Source of the DNA: Candidatus Sericytochromatia bacterium
GTDB taxonomy: Bacteria > Cyanobacteriota > Sericytochromatia > S15B-MN24 > JAQBPE01
NCBI GenBank assembly: GCA_040400605.1
Contig: JBBAPZ010000018.1
Location: 1-23,551 of the forward strand
Length of the DNA stretch: 23,551 bases
Direction of reading: 5' to 3'
Part shown: piece by piece, positions 1 through 9,341 of the stretch
How positions within the stretch are numbered: position 1 is the first letter of the stretch
How the letters are laid out: each line of letters opens with the position of its first letter
Notes under the pieces: model-generated
Told to the model about the DNA's origin: nothing
Database searches by the model: none
What the model saw: the letters and a program-made list of their open reading frames with translations, nothing else
Made by a program: the position numbers and the translations under genes

Positions 1-61
1 CTTGCTTGCAACTCGCGCGGTTCAGGTAATCTCGTTCGTTTGGCGTCAGTGTTTAGTAGAC

Positions 62-469
62 TTAGGAATCGTTAGCGTTGAATGCGTGCATTAATCGCTG
101 CACGGCGGGGCGATCCGCCGGCGCCCAGTCGAGGGTGTGTAGATCAGCTGGCGTCATCCAACACAATGCCTGATGCTCGAGTGGCGTTGGCGTGCCCGCA
201 GTGATGGTTGCAAAATAACAGGCCAGTGCGATCACTGGCGCTTCGGGCGGATACCAGTGCGTGTGAAGGTGTTTCTCAACCGTGATCGTGCAATTCAATT
301 CTTCCAGAATCTCGCGCACCAAAGCCGCTTGCGCCGTCTCGCCTGCATCAACTTTGCCACCCGGAAACTCCCAGTAACCGGCTTCACGCTTGGTTGAACC
401 GCGCTGGGCGCACAAGATACGACCGTCAGCGGAATGAATGATGGCAGCGACAACCGGGATAGGCGGCAT
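62..469 (-). CDS. mutT: NUDIX hydrolase, MutT/NudG-like (d)NTP pyrophosphohydrolase
   Basis: Nudix box GGKVDAGETAQAALVREILEELN, preceded by WEFP, and C-terminal WAPAD motif. Start moved to ATG 469 (MPPIPVVAAII), which has an AGGGAG SD upstream. Confidence 0.88.
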   Translation of the reverse strand: MPPIPVVAAIIHSADGRILCAQRGSTKREAGYWEFPGGKVDAGETAQAALVREILEELNCTITVEKHLHTHWYPPEAPVIALACYFATITAGTPTPLEHQALCWMTPADLHTLDWAPADRPAVQRLMHAFNANDS

Positions 470-748
470 GCGATGGGTTCTCCCTGTAAACAAGTTGACT
501 CGCCTATCTCCGTGAACGCTCCGGAAAAGGCAGTCAATCAGAGATTTTTCTCCAAGCATGAAGTTTATCACTGGTTATGCGGTGCTGTGACGCGTCCGAG
601 CACCGCTTTCGCGCTGCTTCCTGGACTGATTGGTTCAGGAAGCAGCGTATCATCTTTTGGGTTCCTGGGCATCCATTGGGCGATCGCCCTGAACAATGGC
701 CGTTTTTGTAACCTTGCTTTTGCGTTGGGGGGTGTGCTGGTGTTCGCC

Positions 749-799
749 TGAAACGTTTCATCAGTCTTCAGTCAATCTTCAGCGCGTATCTGCTACACT
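749..799 (+). promoter_or_regulatory. Putative glnA promoter region: perfect palindrome TGAAACGTTTCA (749-760) and extended -10 TGcTACACT (791-799)
   Basis: Both motifs are seen directly, 65-115 bp upstream of the glnA ATG. No good -35 is visible. Confidence 0.4.
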
Positions 800-864
800 C
801 TCCATTCTGTGTGGCTTCAACAGCCACCGTTCACGGTTTCGTTTTGAAAGGAGTCTGTCTAGGT

Positions 865-2214
865 ATGTCTACCACTGCCGCGTATACCACTGAAGCGGCG
901 ATCCAGGAGTTGATCGCCAAAGAAAACGTCAAATTTATCGATCTTCAATTCATTGATATTCTTGGTATCGTGAAATGCGTGACCATTCCCGTCTCGCAGT
1001 TGAGTGATACGCTGGATCACGGCAAGTGGTTTGACGGCAGTTCGGTGGAAGGCTTTGCGCGCATTGCCGAATCGGACATGTTTCTCAAGCCGGATCTCAG
1101 CACCTTCCAGATCATCCCCTGGACTCGCGGTAACAACACGACTGCCCGCATTATCTGCTGGGTTCACACCCCTGACGGCGAACCCTTTGTGGGTGACCCC
1201 CGTGGCGTTCTCGCCAAACAGCTTGATGCGGCCAAGGCACTCGGCTACAACTTTAACACGGGGCCCGAGCTGGAGTTTTTCCTGTTTCGCTCCAATGATC
1301 CCACCGCGCCTACTCCGTTGCCTCATGATCAGGGCGGTTACTTTGATCTCTCCACGGATCTGGCCAGTCATGTGCGGCAGGATATGGTTAACACCCTGGA
1401 GGATTTGGGCATCGAAGTGGAAACCAGCCATCATGAGGTAGCGGTTGGCCAGCATGAGATCGATTTCAAGTATTCTAACGCCCTCACCTCTGCGGATAGT
1501 TGCGTTACCTTCAAATATGCGCTTAAGGCCGTCGCACAGAAGTATGATCTGTATTGCACCTTTATGCCCAAGCCGATCTTTGGCGTAAACGGCAGTGGCA
1601 TGCACACGCACATGAGCTTGTTCAAAGATGGCGACACCGTCATGTATGACGCCAATGACCCCTATGGGCTCTCCAAGACCGCCAAGCACTTCATTGCCGG
1701 TTTGCTGCACCACGCACGGGCCATGAGCGCGATTCTCAGCCCAACGGTCAACTCCTACAAGCGTCTGGTACCTGGTTACGAAGCACCGGTTTACATTTCT
1801 TGGGCACGTAACAATCGCTCAGCGCTGATCCGCGTGCCGCGCATCAATCCCAAGGCGGTGAAGGCAACACGCATTGAGTTGCGCTGTCCCGACCCCACCT
1901 GTAACCCGTACCTCGCGTTCGCCGTGATGCTCGCTTGCGGCCTCGATGGTGTCCGGCGCGAACTGACGCCGCCTGAACCAGTTGAGGAAAACCTCTACCA
2001 CATGGGTACCGATGAGCGTGCCAACCGCAGCATCGAATCGTTGCCTGGCTCACTCGGGGAAGCACTTGATGCGCTGAAGCAAGACGACGTTATCAAGGCG
2101 GCGCTTGGGGAACATCTTTATGAGCGCTTCATCGAGGCAAAAACCCAAGAATGGGATGAATACCGCAAGTACGTGTCCCAGTGGGAACTTGATCGTTACC
2201 TGCCGCTCTATTGA
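865..2214 (+). CDS. glnA: Glutamine synthetase type I (GSI-alpha-like)
   Basis: Motifs FDGSS, GPELEFFLF, HHEVAVGQHEI, TFMPKP..G.NGSGMH, NSYKRLVPGYEAP, NRSALIRVP and RIELRCPD. AAAGGAG SD at 847-853 supports ATG 865. Confidence 0.97.
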   Translation: MSTTAAYTTEAAIQELIAKENVKFIDLQFIDILGIVKCVTIPVSQLSDTLDHGKWFDGSSVEGFARIAESDMFLKPDLSTFQIIPWTRGNNTTARIICWVHTPDGEPFVGDPRGVLAKQLDAAKALGYNFNTGPELEFFLFRSNDPTAPTPLPHDQGGYFDLSTDLASHVRQDMVNTLEDLGIEVETSHHEVAVGQHEIDFKYSNALTSADSCVTFKYALKAVAQKYDLYCTFMPKPIFGVNGSGMHTHMSLFKDGDTVMYDANDPYGLSKTAKHFIAGLLHHARAMSAILSPTVNSYKRLVPGYEAPVYISWARNNRSALIRVPRINPKAVKATRIELRCPDPTCNPYLAFAVMLACGLDGVRRELTPPEPVEENLYHMGTDERANRSIESLPGSLGEALDALKQDDVIKAALGEHLYERFIEAKTQEWDEYRKYVSQWELDRYLPLY

Positions 2215-2237
2215 TTTCTGACGATTGATTCCAGTGT

Positions 2238-2276
2238 GCGCCAAGGGTCGCTTTTGAGTGAGCCTTGGCGCTTTTT
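2238..2276 (+). terminator. Rho-independent terminator of glnA
   Basis: GCGCCAAGG...CCTTGGCGC stem followed by TTTTT. Confidence 0.85.
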
Positions 2277-2412
2277 ATGGGCAGTCTGATGCTTATCTAT
2301 ACAGATTCTGATTGACAAAGAGCCATTCGAGCACTTTCAACGTGAACCTGCGTCGATCGCCGGTCACGTCATAAGATTCCAGTTGATCCTTGATTGATAG
2401 GAATCTGAATCG

Positions 2413-2521
2413 CAGGCTGCTGAAAATTTCGTCTTAGGCCCCTTGTCGAGACTGTAGCCTGGCATTCCACCGTGAGCAATCTTGACGGAACGTGCCTGAA
2501 AGGCACTTTTTCAGCAGCCTG
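2413..2521. mobile_element. 109-bp MITE-like element or IS scar with 14-bp perfect terminal inverted repeats
   Basis: CAGGCTGCTGAAAA (2413-2426) and TTTTCAGCAGCCTG (2508-2521), no internal ORF, located between two terminators. Confidence 0.55.
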
Positions 2522-2538
2522 TTAACGCTAAATCGTGT

Positions 2539-2574
2539 AAAAAACAGGGCCGCCTGACACTCAAGCGGCCCTGT
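2539..2574 (-). terminator. Rho-independent terminator of icd
   Basis: ACAGGGCCGC...GCGGCCCTGT stem with an A-run at 2539-2544, which is a U-tract on the minus strand. Confidence 0.85.
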
Positions 2575-2597
2575 CATCGCATGAAAAACGTTGGGAT

Positions 2598-4013
2598 CTA
2601 TTCGCCCTGTGCCTTGCTGTAACAGGCTTCTCCGTCAGCGTGGCGCAATTTCTCGATGTGAACCCAGGTATGATTCAGGCCCACTGTTTCAAGCAGTTGC
2701 AGGATGTCACGGTCTCCGACGGCATTCTCAGCCAAGTAGCGGCACCGATGCCAGTCAACCAAGGTGATTGGTGGTGTGGGGCCAGGAAAGACCTTTGTTC
2801 CGCGATTTGAAATCAGTTTGAGGGTGAATGGCCCGACCTGCGTGGGCACCTCCGGAATGCCAATGTGTTCGACAAATACATCAACCCCACGCACCTCCCA
2901 CGTTTGCGGGCGCGGCGCAGCATGACGGTGATCCTTTGCAATCACTTGCCTGGCGCCTTGCTCGGCTTCCGTATCAAGCAGTGGCGGCAATGCGCTGACG
3001 ATGGCACTGGTAAACATGTCGGTGCTGGCGCTTCCACCAAGGTCCCGGGTACGAACACCGTCTGAGAAAACCTGTCGCAGTGCGGCTTCGATGCGCGTCG
3101 CATGGGCGTGGAGGTTTAAGTAACGTAACATTTGGACTGCGGAGAGCAACAATGCGGTGGGATTTGCAAGGCCGGTTCCCGCGATGTCGGGTGCGGTTCC
3201 GTGCACGGCCTCGAAAACTGCCACGTTATTCCCTATATTACCCGCAGGCGCGACGCCAAGACCGCCGACCAACCCTGCTGCCAAGTCAGACAGGATGTCC
3301 CCGTAGAGATTCGGGGTCAGCAGAACGTCGAAGCGTTCCGGTGCTGTCACCAGTTGCATGCAAGCGTTGTCCACGAGAATGTCGTCGGCAAGAATATCCG
3401 GGTAGTCAGCGGCAACTTCTTGAAAGCACGACAGAAACAAACCGTCTGACAGCTTGTGAATATTGGCCTTGTGTACGCACGTCACGCGTTTGCGGCCCCA
3501 ACTGCGCGCCAGTTCAAAAGCATAGCGCGCGGCTGCGAGCGAACCTGGGCGGGTGATCACCTTCAGGCATTGCACCACTTCGGGTGATTGGCGATGCTCA
3601 ATGCCACCATAAGTGTCCTCAATATTTTCGCGGACAATCACCAGGTCGACGTTTTCGTACCGTGTCTTGACGCCGGGCAGTGATCGTACCGGTCGCACAT
3701 TCGCGTACAAATCCAACGATTTTCGGATGGTCACATTGACACTCTTGTGGCCAACCCCAGAAGGTGTCGCAGTGGGGCCCTTGATCGCGACACGATGACG
3801 CTCAATGGCACCCAAGGTCTCCGTAGGCAATCCATTTGGGGCCTGTTCGATACAACTGAGACCAGCTTCGCGCCACTCCCAGTCAAGCGGTACACCCGCC
3901 GCCTCAAGAATTTTGACTACCGCGCGGGTGATTTCCGGCCCGATACCATCGCCAGGAATAACCGCAACAGTCGTACGCGTGGTGGGTTTTACGTCTTGAC
4001 AGGTCTGTTCCAT
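2598..4013 (-). CDS. icd: Isocitrate dehydrogenase, Thermus/Rickettsia-like type with C-terminal extension
   Basis: IPGDGIGPEI, KSVNVTIRK, VRENIEDTYGGIEH, TCVHKANI, NLYGDILSD, FEAVHGTAPDIAG and C-terminal YSKAQGE. AAGGAG SD at 4027-4032 supports ATG 4013. Confidence 0.93.
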   Translation of the reverse strand: MEQTCQDVKPTTRTTVAVIPGDGIGPEITRAVVKILEAAGVPLDWEWREAGLSCIEQAPNGLPTETLGAIERHRVAIKGPTATPSGVGHKSVNVTIRKSLDLYANVRPVRSLPGVKTRYENVDLVIVRENIEDTYGGIEHRQSPEVVQCLKVITRPGSLAAARYAFELARSWGRKRVTCVHKANIHKLSDGLFLSCFQEVAADYPDILADDILVDNACMQLVTAPERFDVLLTPNLYGDILSDLAAGLVGGLGVAPAGNIGNNVAVFEAVHGTAPDIAGTGLANPTALLLSAVQMLRYLNLHAHATRIEAALRQVFSDGVRTRDLGGSASTDMFTSAIVSALPPLLDTEAEQGARQVIAKDHRHAAPRPQTWEVRGVDVFVEHIGIPEVPTQVGPFTLKLISNRGTKVFPGPTPPITLVDWHRCRYLAENAVGDRDILQLLETVGLNHTWVHIEKLRHADGEACYSKAQGE

Positions 4014-4029
4014 AGGGATTGGGCACTCC

Positions 4030-4641
4030 TTACGTCGCTTGCAAGCCGTTTCTGTCTGTGTCACGAGACGGCAAGGGGGGAGCAAACGGTGCGAACTGAT
4101 GCGTGATGGGATCGAATTCGTATAAACGCTCCTCAATTTCATCATGAACCCAGCCCTGAAGTCGAACTTGACCCTTGTCCACTGCGGTTTTCACCGCGGG
4201 ATGGGTCAACAATTGCTCAATTTGAATCAATACGTGCTCTTGAACAGCCGCTTCCCATAATCTCTCCCCATCAAGGTCCAAATACCGCTCTCGCAAAATG
4301 GTACGCGTCTTGGCTGCATGGGCTGACCAGGCACGCGTTGTTTCGTCAGGCGTCAGGTCGGGAGGCATCAACAGGTGGCGCAACGCATCGCAGCGCGTGT
4401 GCCCACATACCACAATGTCTGAGACCTTGCGGCGCGTCAACGCATGCTCAAGAAACGTGAAAATAGGCTGTGATGCCCCCGCAACAGGTGGAACGACATT
4501 GCCATAACTGTTGACACGCGTAACTTTTGACCAACCCGGGGGCGCTTCACCAGAAAACAACTCAGGCGCGTCCGAACAACCAATCACCAGACAAGCACGC
4601 TCACCCGACTGAGCGGGCGCTTTGATTCGCCAAGGAAACAT
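4030..4641 (-). CDS. Beta-class carbonic anhydrase-like protein (divergent)
   Basis: Zn ligands in CSD and CGHTRC, plus GNVVPP, QIEQLLTHPAV and LQGWVHD patterns. GGAGGG SD before ATG 4641. Confidence 0.8.
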   Translation of the reverse strand: MFPWRIKAPAQSGERACLVIGCSDAPELFSGEAPPGWSKVTRVNSYGNVVPPVAGASQPIFTFLEHALTRRKVSDIVVCGHTRCDALRHLLMPPDLTPDETTRAWSAHAAKTRTILRERYLDLDGERLWEAAVQEHVLIQIEQLLTHPAVKTAVDKGQVRLQGWVHDEIEERLYEFDPITHQFAPFAPPLPSRDTDRNGLQAT

Positions 4642-5219
4642 CTGCACCCCTCCATATATCTGATAATATGTATGTATATGTATTAAGATATCAGCGTGCT
4701 TTGTTGCCGTCAAGGGCTGAGAATGTTGCAGTCATTGACTTCCGGGCGTTTAGGGGTTATCGTTCGCCGTTATCAAACTTTTCGCTGTTTGCTGAGATGG
4801 TCTTTGCTATTGTGTGACCGGGGCGGGTTGAAGTGGTGTGTGGGTGGTGCGCAATCGCTTTGATTGGTGGTCACGTTTTAGCTGGCATTGAAGGTGCAGT
4901 ACGTGCTCGCTTGATTATTTTCCATTTGTCATCCAGGTTTTGGCAGCAGCCGAGGCGTCATTTATTAACGCCCCGTAAAATGTGGAACTTTTTTTGCGGG
5001 TAACTCAGAATGTCACTGAAAAGCAGCAAGCAAAATCCCTCCGAACGGTTGGCGCCGATTTGTTGAATCAGCGTTCCGTTATGCTTGCTGCTCCACGCTT
5101 GCATTAAAGGTGGTTTGTCTCTGCGTTCGGTTACCAAGTCAAAAAGGGTGCTCATGCTATACTACCGACCGATAGCGTGGGAAAGTTTCTGATGGCATAA
5201 CGCGAGAGAGTGAGTCAGC

Positions 5220-6479
5220 TTGTCCTTGGTATTGGTACTCGGACTCATACTGGTTTGGGGTGCGGTCTCACAAGTTCTGGCGCACTCGTTCCGTTTGCCG
5301 GTCATTTTGTTGCTGATGGCTGGCGGGGTGGCGTTTGGACACCACGGGTTGAACTGGGTTGAGCCGTCGCGATTTGGTTCCGGCTTCGGTGTCATCCTGT
5401 TCATCGCGGTGATGGTGGTCGTGTTTGAGGGTGCATTGCATCTTGATTTGCGCGCGTTTGGGCAATTGTTCAGGCCGGGGCTTTTGCTGATCACTTTGGG
5501 AGGCGTGATAACGGCTGGCGGGGCGGCTTGTGTCGCTCGGTTCGCGTTGGATCTCGACTGGTTTTCCGCGTGGCTTTACGGGGGAATTGTATCTGTTACG
5601 GGCCCTACGGTCATCGCCCCCGTGGTCAGGCGGCTTGGTGTTTCGCCGTCGGTGCGTAGCATCCTGGAGGCTGAAAGTGTTTTGGTGGATGTGACCGGGG
5701 TTATGTTGGTATACGCATTGCTGGCGTGTTGGCCGATCGGACAGGTCGCACCGAATTGGTGGTCTGGCTTGGGGCATTTCATCCTGGGCATCGTCTGCGG
5801 GTGCGTGATGGGTGGTTTGGCTGCCTGCCTGCCGCTTGCGTTGTTTCGCTTGTATCCTGAGTCGGGGCAAAGGATTGGACACTCGGCCACGTTGGCTTTG
5901 TTGTTGGGTTGTGCTGCGTGCGCGGATGCCCTTGTAAAAGGGTCCGCCATCACGGCGGCGGCCTGCGCCGGGCTTCTGCTGAATCGATTTGCAGGTACTT
6001 GGTGCCAGTCGTTGTGCGTGTTTTTTCAAGACTTGGTGCAATTGGCCTTGGGTTTGGTTTTTGTTTTGGTCGCCGCCGGAATCGAATTGGGAAGGCTGCA
6101 AGCATTGGGCTTGACGGGCGTTGCCGTCGTGTTTGTCTTAATGGCAATGATACGTCCGTTTGCGGTGTTTGTGTGCACCGCTTGGTCGCGACTCACCCGT
6201 CGTGAGCGGGTGTTCATCGCTTGGCTGGGGCCCCGTGGCATCGTTGCGGCGGCGACCGGCGTGACGGTGAGTCAGGAACTGGCTGCGCGGGGTGTATTGG
6301 GTGCTGAGCTTTTGGCGCAATTGGTGTTGATGACGGTGGTGCTGACGGTCACCATTCAGGCTGGGTTGGCGTCTTGGGCAGTCCGAATGTTGAAGCTTGA
6401 GGTTGCCCCATCGCAAGCAGATTCTGAAACCGGGCATGCCAGGAACCAAGCACAAACTCAGGTGCCGTTTTTAATTTGA
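5220..6479 (+). CDS. CPA1/NhaP-type cation:proton antiporter
   Basis: About 12-13 hydrophobic segments. Motifs FEGALHL, VTGPTVI.P, LEAES.L.D and WLGPRGIVAA. TTG start with an in-frame stop just upstream. Confidence 0.88.
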   Translation: MSLVLVLGLILVWGAVSQVLAHSFRLPVILLLMAGGVAFGHHGLNWVEPSRFGSGFGVILFIAVMVVVFEGALHLDLRAFGQLFRPGLLLITLGGVITAGGAACVARFALDLDWFSAWLYGGIVSVTGPTVIAPVVRRLGVSPSVRSILEAESVLVDVTGVMLVYALLACWPIGQVAPNWWSGLGHFILGIVCGCVMGGLAACLPLALFRLYPESGQRIGHSATLALLLGCAACADALVKGSAITAAACAGLLLNRFAGTWCQSLCVFFQDLVQLALGLVFVLVAAGIELGRLQALGLTGVAVVFVLMAMIRPFAVFVCTAWSRLTRRERVFIAWLGPRGIVAAATGVTVSQELAARGVLGAELLAQLVLMTVVLTVTIQAGLASWAVRMLKLEVAPSQADSETGHARNQAQTQVPFLI

Positions 6480-6818
6480 TGGGTGTTATTGTTGTGCTTA
6501 CCCGCGATTATGCAACTGTTTTAAGCGTTGAAGGGGGCCAGGAAGTTTTTATCGATGAACCCATTAAACATTGACGCATGGGTTTCTGGACAAAACTTAT
6601 GTGATAGATGCAAAATAATCAAGAAATCACTTTCCGATATTGAAAGTCAGTTAAAAATTTGATCACCAAACAGCGGGTTTTTGTATGGTCATCAGGGTAC
6701 CGGGTGATTGTTTTTGCTCGTGGCGTGGTGTGACAGACGTTGTTACAGGGCATAAGGTAACTGGGCGTCACGCGCTGCTGGGTGTGCCGGCACGGGGCGA
6801 TTTTTCCGGAGGGTTTCG

Positions 6819-8582
6819 ATGCAAACCATGTCGTATGATTTGCTGTTAAAGGGTGGTCTTGTTTTTGATGGTTTGGGCCAGCCGCCCGTCCTTGCGGATC
6901 TCGCCATTCAAGGCGGCAAAGTGGTCGCTCTCGGTGAGAACCTGGATGGTGCTGCCCGCGAGATCCGGGACTGCACCGGTCTTTGGGTGATGCCAGGGCT
7001 GGTTGATATCCACACGCACTATGATTTGGAAGTTGAGATATCCCCTGGGCTGACAGAATCGTTGCGCCACGGGGTGACGACGGTTGTGATGGGTAATTGC
7101 AGTTTATCGGTAACGATGGGCGAACCCGCCATGCTCGCGGACATGTTTTTGCGGGTGGAAACGTTGCCGAGGGTGTTGATTGAAAAGTGGTTGGCACGGT
7201 CAGTGTCGTGGCGATCGCCCCAGGCGTACATCTCGCACCTGCGCTCACTCCCTTTGGGGCCCAGTGTGGCTCCCCTTTTGGGGCATAGCGCCTTGCGGGC
7301 GCATGTGATGGGGCTTGAGCGTGCGCTGGGCGCGAAGCCAACGCAGGACGAACTGCGTCGAATGCGGGAATTGGCTGAGGCGTCGCTGGATGCCGGCTGC
7401 ATTGGCATCTCGGTGGACCTCTTGCCATGGCATATGATGAGCGGTCAATTTAAAGGCGTTGCGTTGCCTTCGCACCATGCGGCATTTGCTGAGGTCGCCA
7501 TGCTGGCTGATGTGTGTCGGGCGAAAGACGCGGTGTTTCAGGTGACGCCGAATCCCCAGGATTTGCGCACCATGTTTGTGATTCTTTGGGTAAGTTTAGG
7601 CTTGTTTCGTCATCCCTTGCGCACTACCGTGCTGACGGCGCTGGACGCAGTGGCCAATCGGCATTTGTGGCGCGTGTTTTCGCCACTGTTGTTTGTCTTT
7701 AACCGCTTGCTTGGTTGCAATATTCGTTTTCAGACTTTGACCGAACCGTTTATCGTGTTTTCGGATGGTCCGGTCACGCCGATGTTTGAGGAGTTTGCGA
7801 CTGGCGTGCAGCTCAACGATCAGGATACTGCTGAAGAGCGGCGGGCTTTGTGGCGTGATACCACGTTTCGTGAACGGTTTCGGCGGGATTGGACGCATAT
7901 GCGGCGTAAAACGTTTCACTGCAATCTGGACTTGATGTTTATCACGGAGTGTCCAGATGCCACGTTGGTTGGCAAGTCATTTGGCAGTGCGGCTGCGGAG
8001 GCGCAACAGGAACCTGTCGCGTATTTTATGGATTTGCTCGAACAATATGATACGCAGATTCGTTGGGTGACGAATGCGGCAAATGATCGCAGCGAGATTC
8101 GCGAACGTTTGATGCGGGATGATTTTATTTTGCCGGGGTTTACGGATGCAGGGGCGCATGTGCGAAACCTTGGTTATTATGACGGTGCCCTGGCTTTGAT
8201 CCGTCAGGCGGCACGTACGGGCTTTATGTCTGTTGAGCGTGCGGTGGCGCGTGTCACGGGCGAGGCTGCACGCTGGTTTGGCTTGGATCGTGGCATACTT
8301 GCCATCGGTGAGCGTGCAGATATCGTGATACTCGATCCCCAACGCCTCGTGACGGATACCACGCCTCAAATTGAAATCGCCGATCCCCTGTTGGATGGCG
8401 CTCACCGCATGGTTAAACCCCCCTCCCCGGAAATCGTCAGCGTCTTCATCGGTGGGCAGGTCGCCGTTGAGGGCACCAGTCTTTCCGCCGCAGTCGGGCA
8501 AGAAATGCTGGGGAGTGTCGTTACCCCAGCGCATGCGCGCGCCCAGGTGGCTGTCTCACCCACTTTGGCAGGGAGGCCTTGA
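6819..8582 (+). CDS. N-acyl-D-amino-acid deacylase family amidohydrolase
   Basis: YDLLLKGG.VFDG, PGLVDIHTHYD, GVTTVVMGNC, DAGAH and ADIVILDP. GGAGG SD upstream. Confidence 0.88.
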   Translation: MQTMSYDLLLKGGLVFDGLGQPPVLADLAIQGGKVVALGENLDGAAREIRDCTGLWVMPGLVDIHTHYDLEVEISPGLTESLRHGVTTVVMGNCSLSVTMGEPAMLADMFLRVETLPRVLIEKWLARSVSWRSPQAYISHLRSLPLGPSVAPLLGHSALRAHVMGLERALGAKPTQDELRRMRELAEASLDAGCIGISVDLLPWHMMSGQFKGVALPSHHAAFAEVAMLADVCRAKDAVFQVTPNPQDLRTMFVILWVSLGLFRHPLRTTVLTALDAVANRHLWRVFSPLLFVFNRLLGCNIRFQTLTEPFIVFSDGPVTPMFEEFATGVQLNDQDTAEERRALWRDTTFRERFRRDWTHMRRKTFHCNLDLMFITECPDATLVGKSFGSAAAEAQQEPVAYFMDLLEQYDTQIRWVTNAANDRSEIRERLMRDDFILPGFTDAGAHVRNLGYYDGALALIRQAARTGFMSVERAVARVTGEAARWFGLDRGILAIGERADIVILDPQRLVTDTTPQIEIADPLLDGAHRMVKPPSPEIVSVFIGGQVAVEGTSLSAAVGQEMLGSVVTPAHARAQVAVSPTLAGRP

Positions 8583-9019
8583 TGGAGATGACGACCGGTT
8601 CCGCCCAGCCCAACGAAGCACGCCGGATGCGCATTTCTCGCGATATTCCTGATCACCCCTTCGATGATTATTGGGAAGTTTTCGTCTGCAAGCATCAAGA
8701 CGCGCGCAACGTCTTTGTCCATTGTGCGTGTGTCCTGATGAACTGGGCGGGGATGCTGTTGCTGCTTGTTACCTTCAATCCGTGGTGGCTGTGCTTGATG
8801 CCGGCTTCTCAAGTGCTTGGGCTTTTGGGGCATCTGGCTTTTGAGCGCAGTCATGTTGATCGCCAAGACGCCCTGTTTTCAATGCGAGCGACGCGGTGCC
8901 TCAATCGCATGTGCTATCTGGTGTTAACCCGTCAGTATCCGGCAGAAGTTCAACGCGTTCGCGCAGAACTTGACCGCTACCTCACTATGCGGACGTCGAC
9001 GGGCACTTCCGTGGCTTGA
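8582..9019 (+). CDS. Mpo1/DUF962-like membrane protein
   Basis: F.DYW....KH....N...H followed by hydrophobic helices and GH..FER. The ATG overlaps the upstream stop (TGATG). Confidence 0.7.
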   Translation: MEMTTGSAQPNEARRMRISRDIPDHPFDDYWEVFVCKHQDARNVFVHCACVLMNWAGMLLLLVTFNPWWLCLMPASQVLGLLGHLAFERSHVDRQDALFSMRATRCLNRMCYLVLTRQYPAEVQRVRAELDRYLTMRTSTGTSVA

Positions 9020-9026
9020 ACGATTG

Positions 9027-9060
9027 GTGATTGGCTGCGATGTGCTTGTCAGCCAATCAC
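9027..9060 (+). terminator. Stem-loop after the deacylase/Mpo1 operon (possible terminator)
   Basis: GTGATTGGCTG...CAGCCAATCAC 11-bp stem. There is no clear U-tract. Confidence 0.45.
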
Positions 9061-9134
9061 AAGATGTTTGACGCAACAATTCAAGGTGTTATGTCTGCGC
9101 ACCCGCTAAATGAGACTGATTGACGAGGCCGTTA

Positions 9135-9310
9135 ACAGTGCTCGGTAACCCCCAAAACGGTGGTGCGACACGTCACGAAAGTGGCAAGTTCTGAAACATG
9201 ATTGTTTGAGTCTCGTTCGTCGGTAAACCGAAATGGCTCGTTTTGTGGAACGAATATTGTTCATTCACAGGGCGATACTCTTATTTCCAGAATACCGTAC
9301 CGTGAACTGT
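9135..9310 (-). repeat. Dispersed repeat family A, inverted copy
   Basis: The reverse complement aligns by eye with 10943-11135 (CACAAAACGA...CGTGTCG). Imperfect terminal IR ACAGTGCTCGGTA / TACCGTGAACTGT. Confidence 0.5.
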
Positions 9311-9341
9311 CGCAGACCCGTTGCAAAATGAGTTTTGATAA

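Noticed and set aside
534..761. 75-aa minus-strand ORF and overlapping short ORFs between mutT and glnA
   Set aside because: No SD or protein-like features, and the region is dominated by hairpins and promoter elements.
859..1713. 284-aa minus-strand ORF
   Set aside because: Antisense shadow of glnA with no recognisable motifs.
5268..6101. 277-aa minus-strand ORF
   Set aside because: Antisense shadow of the hydrophobic antiporter gene.
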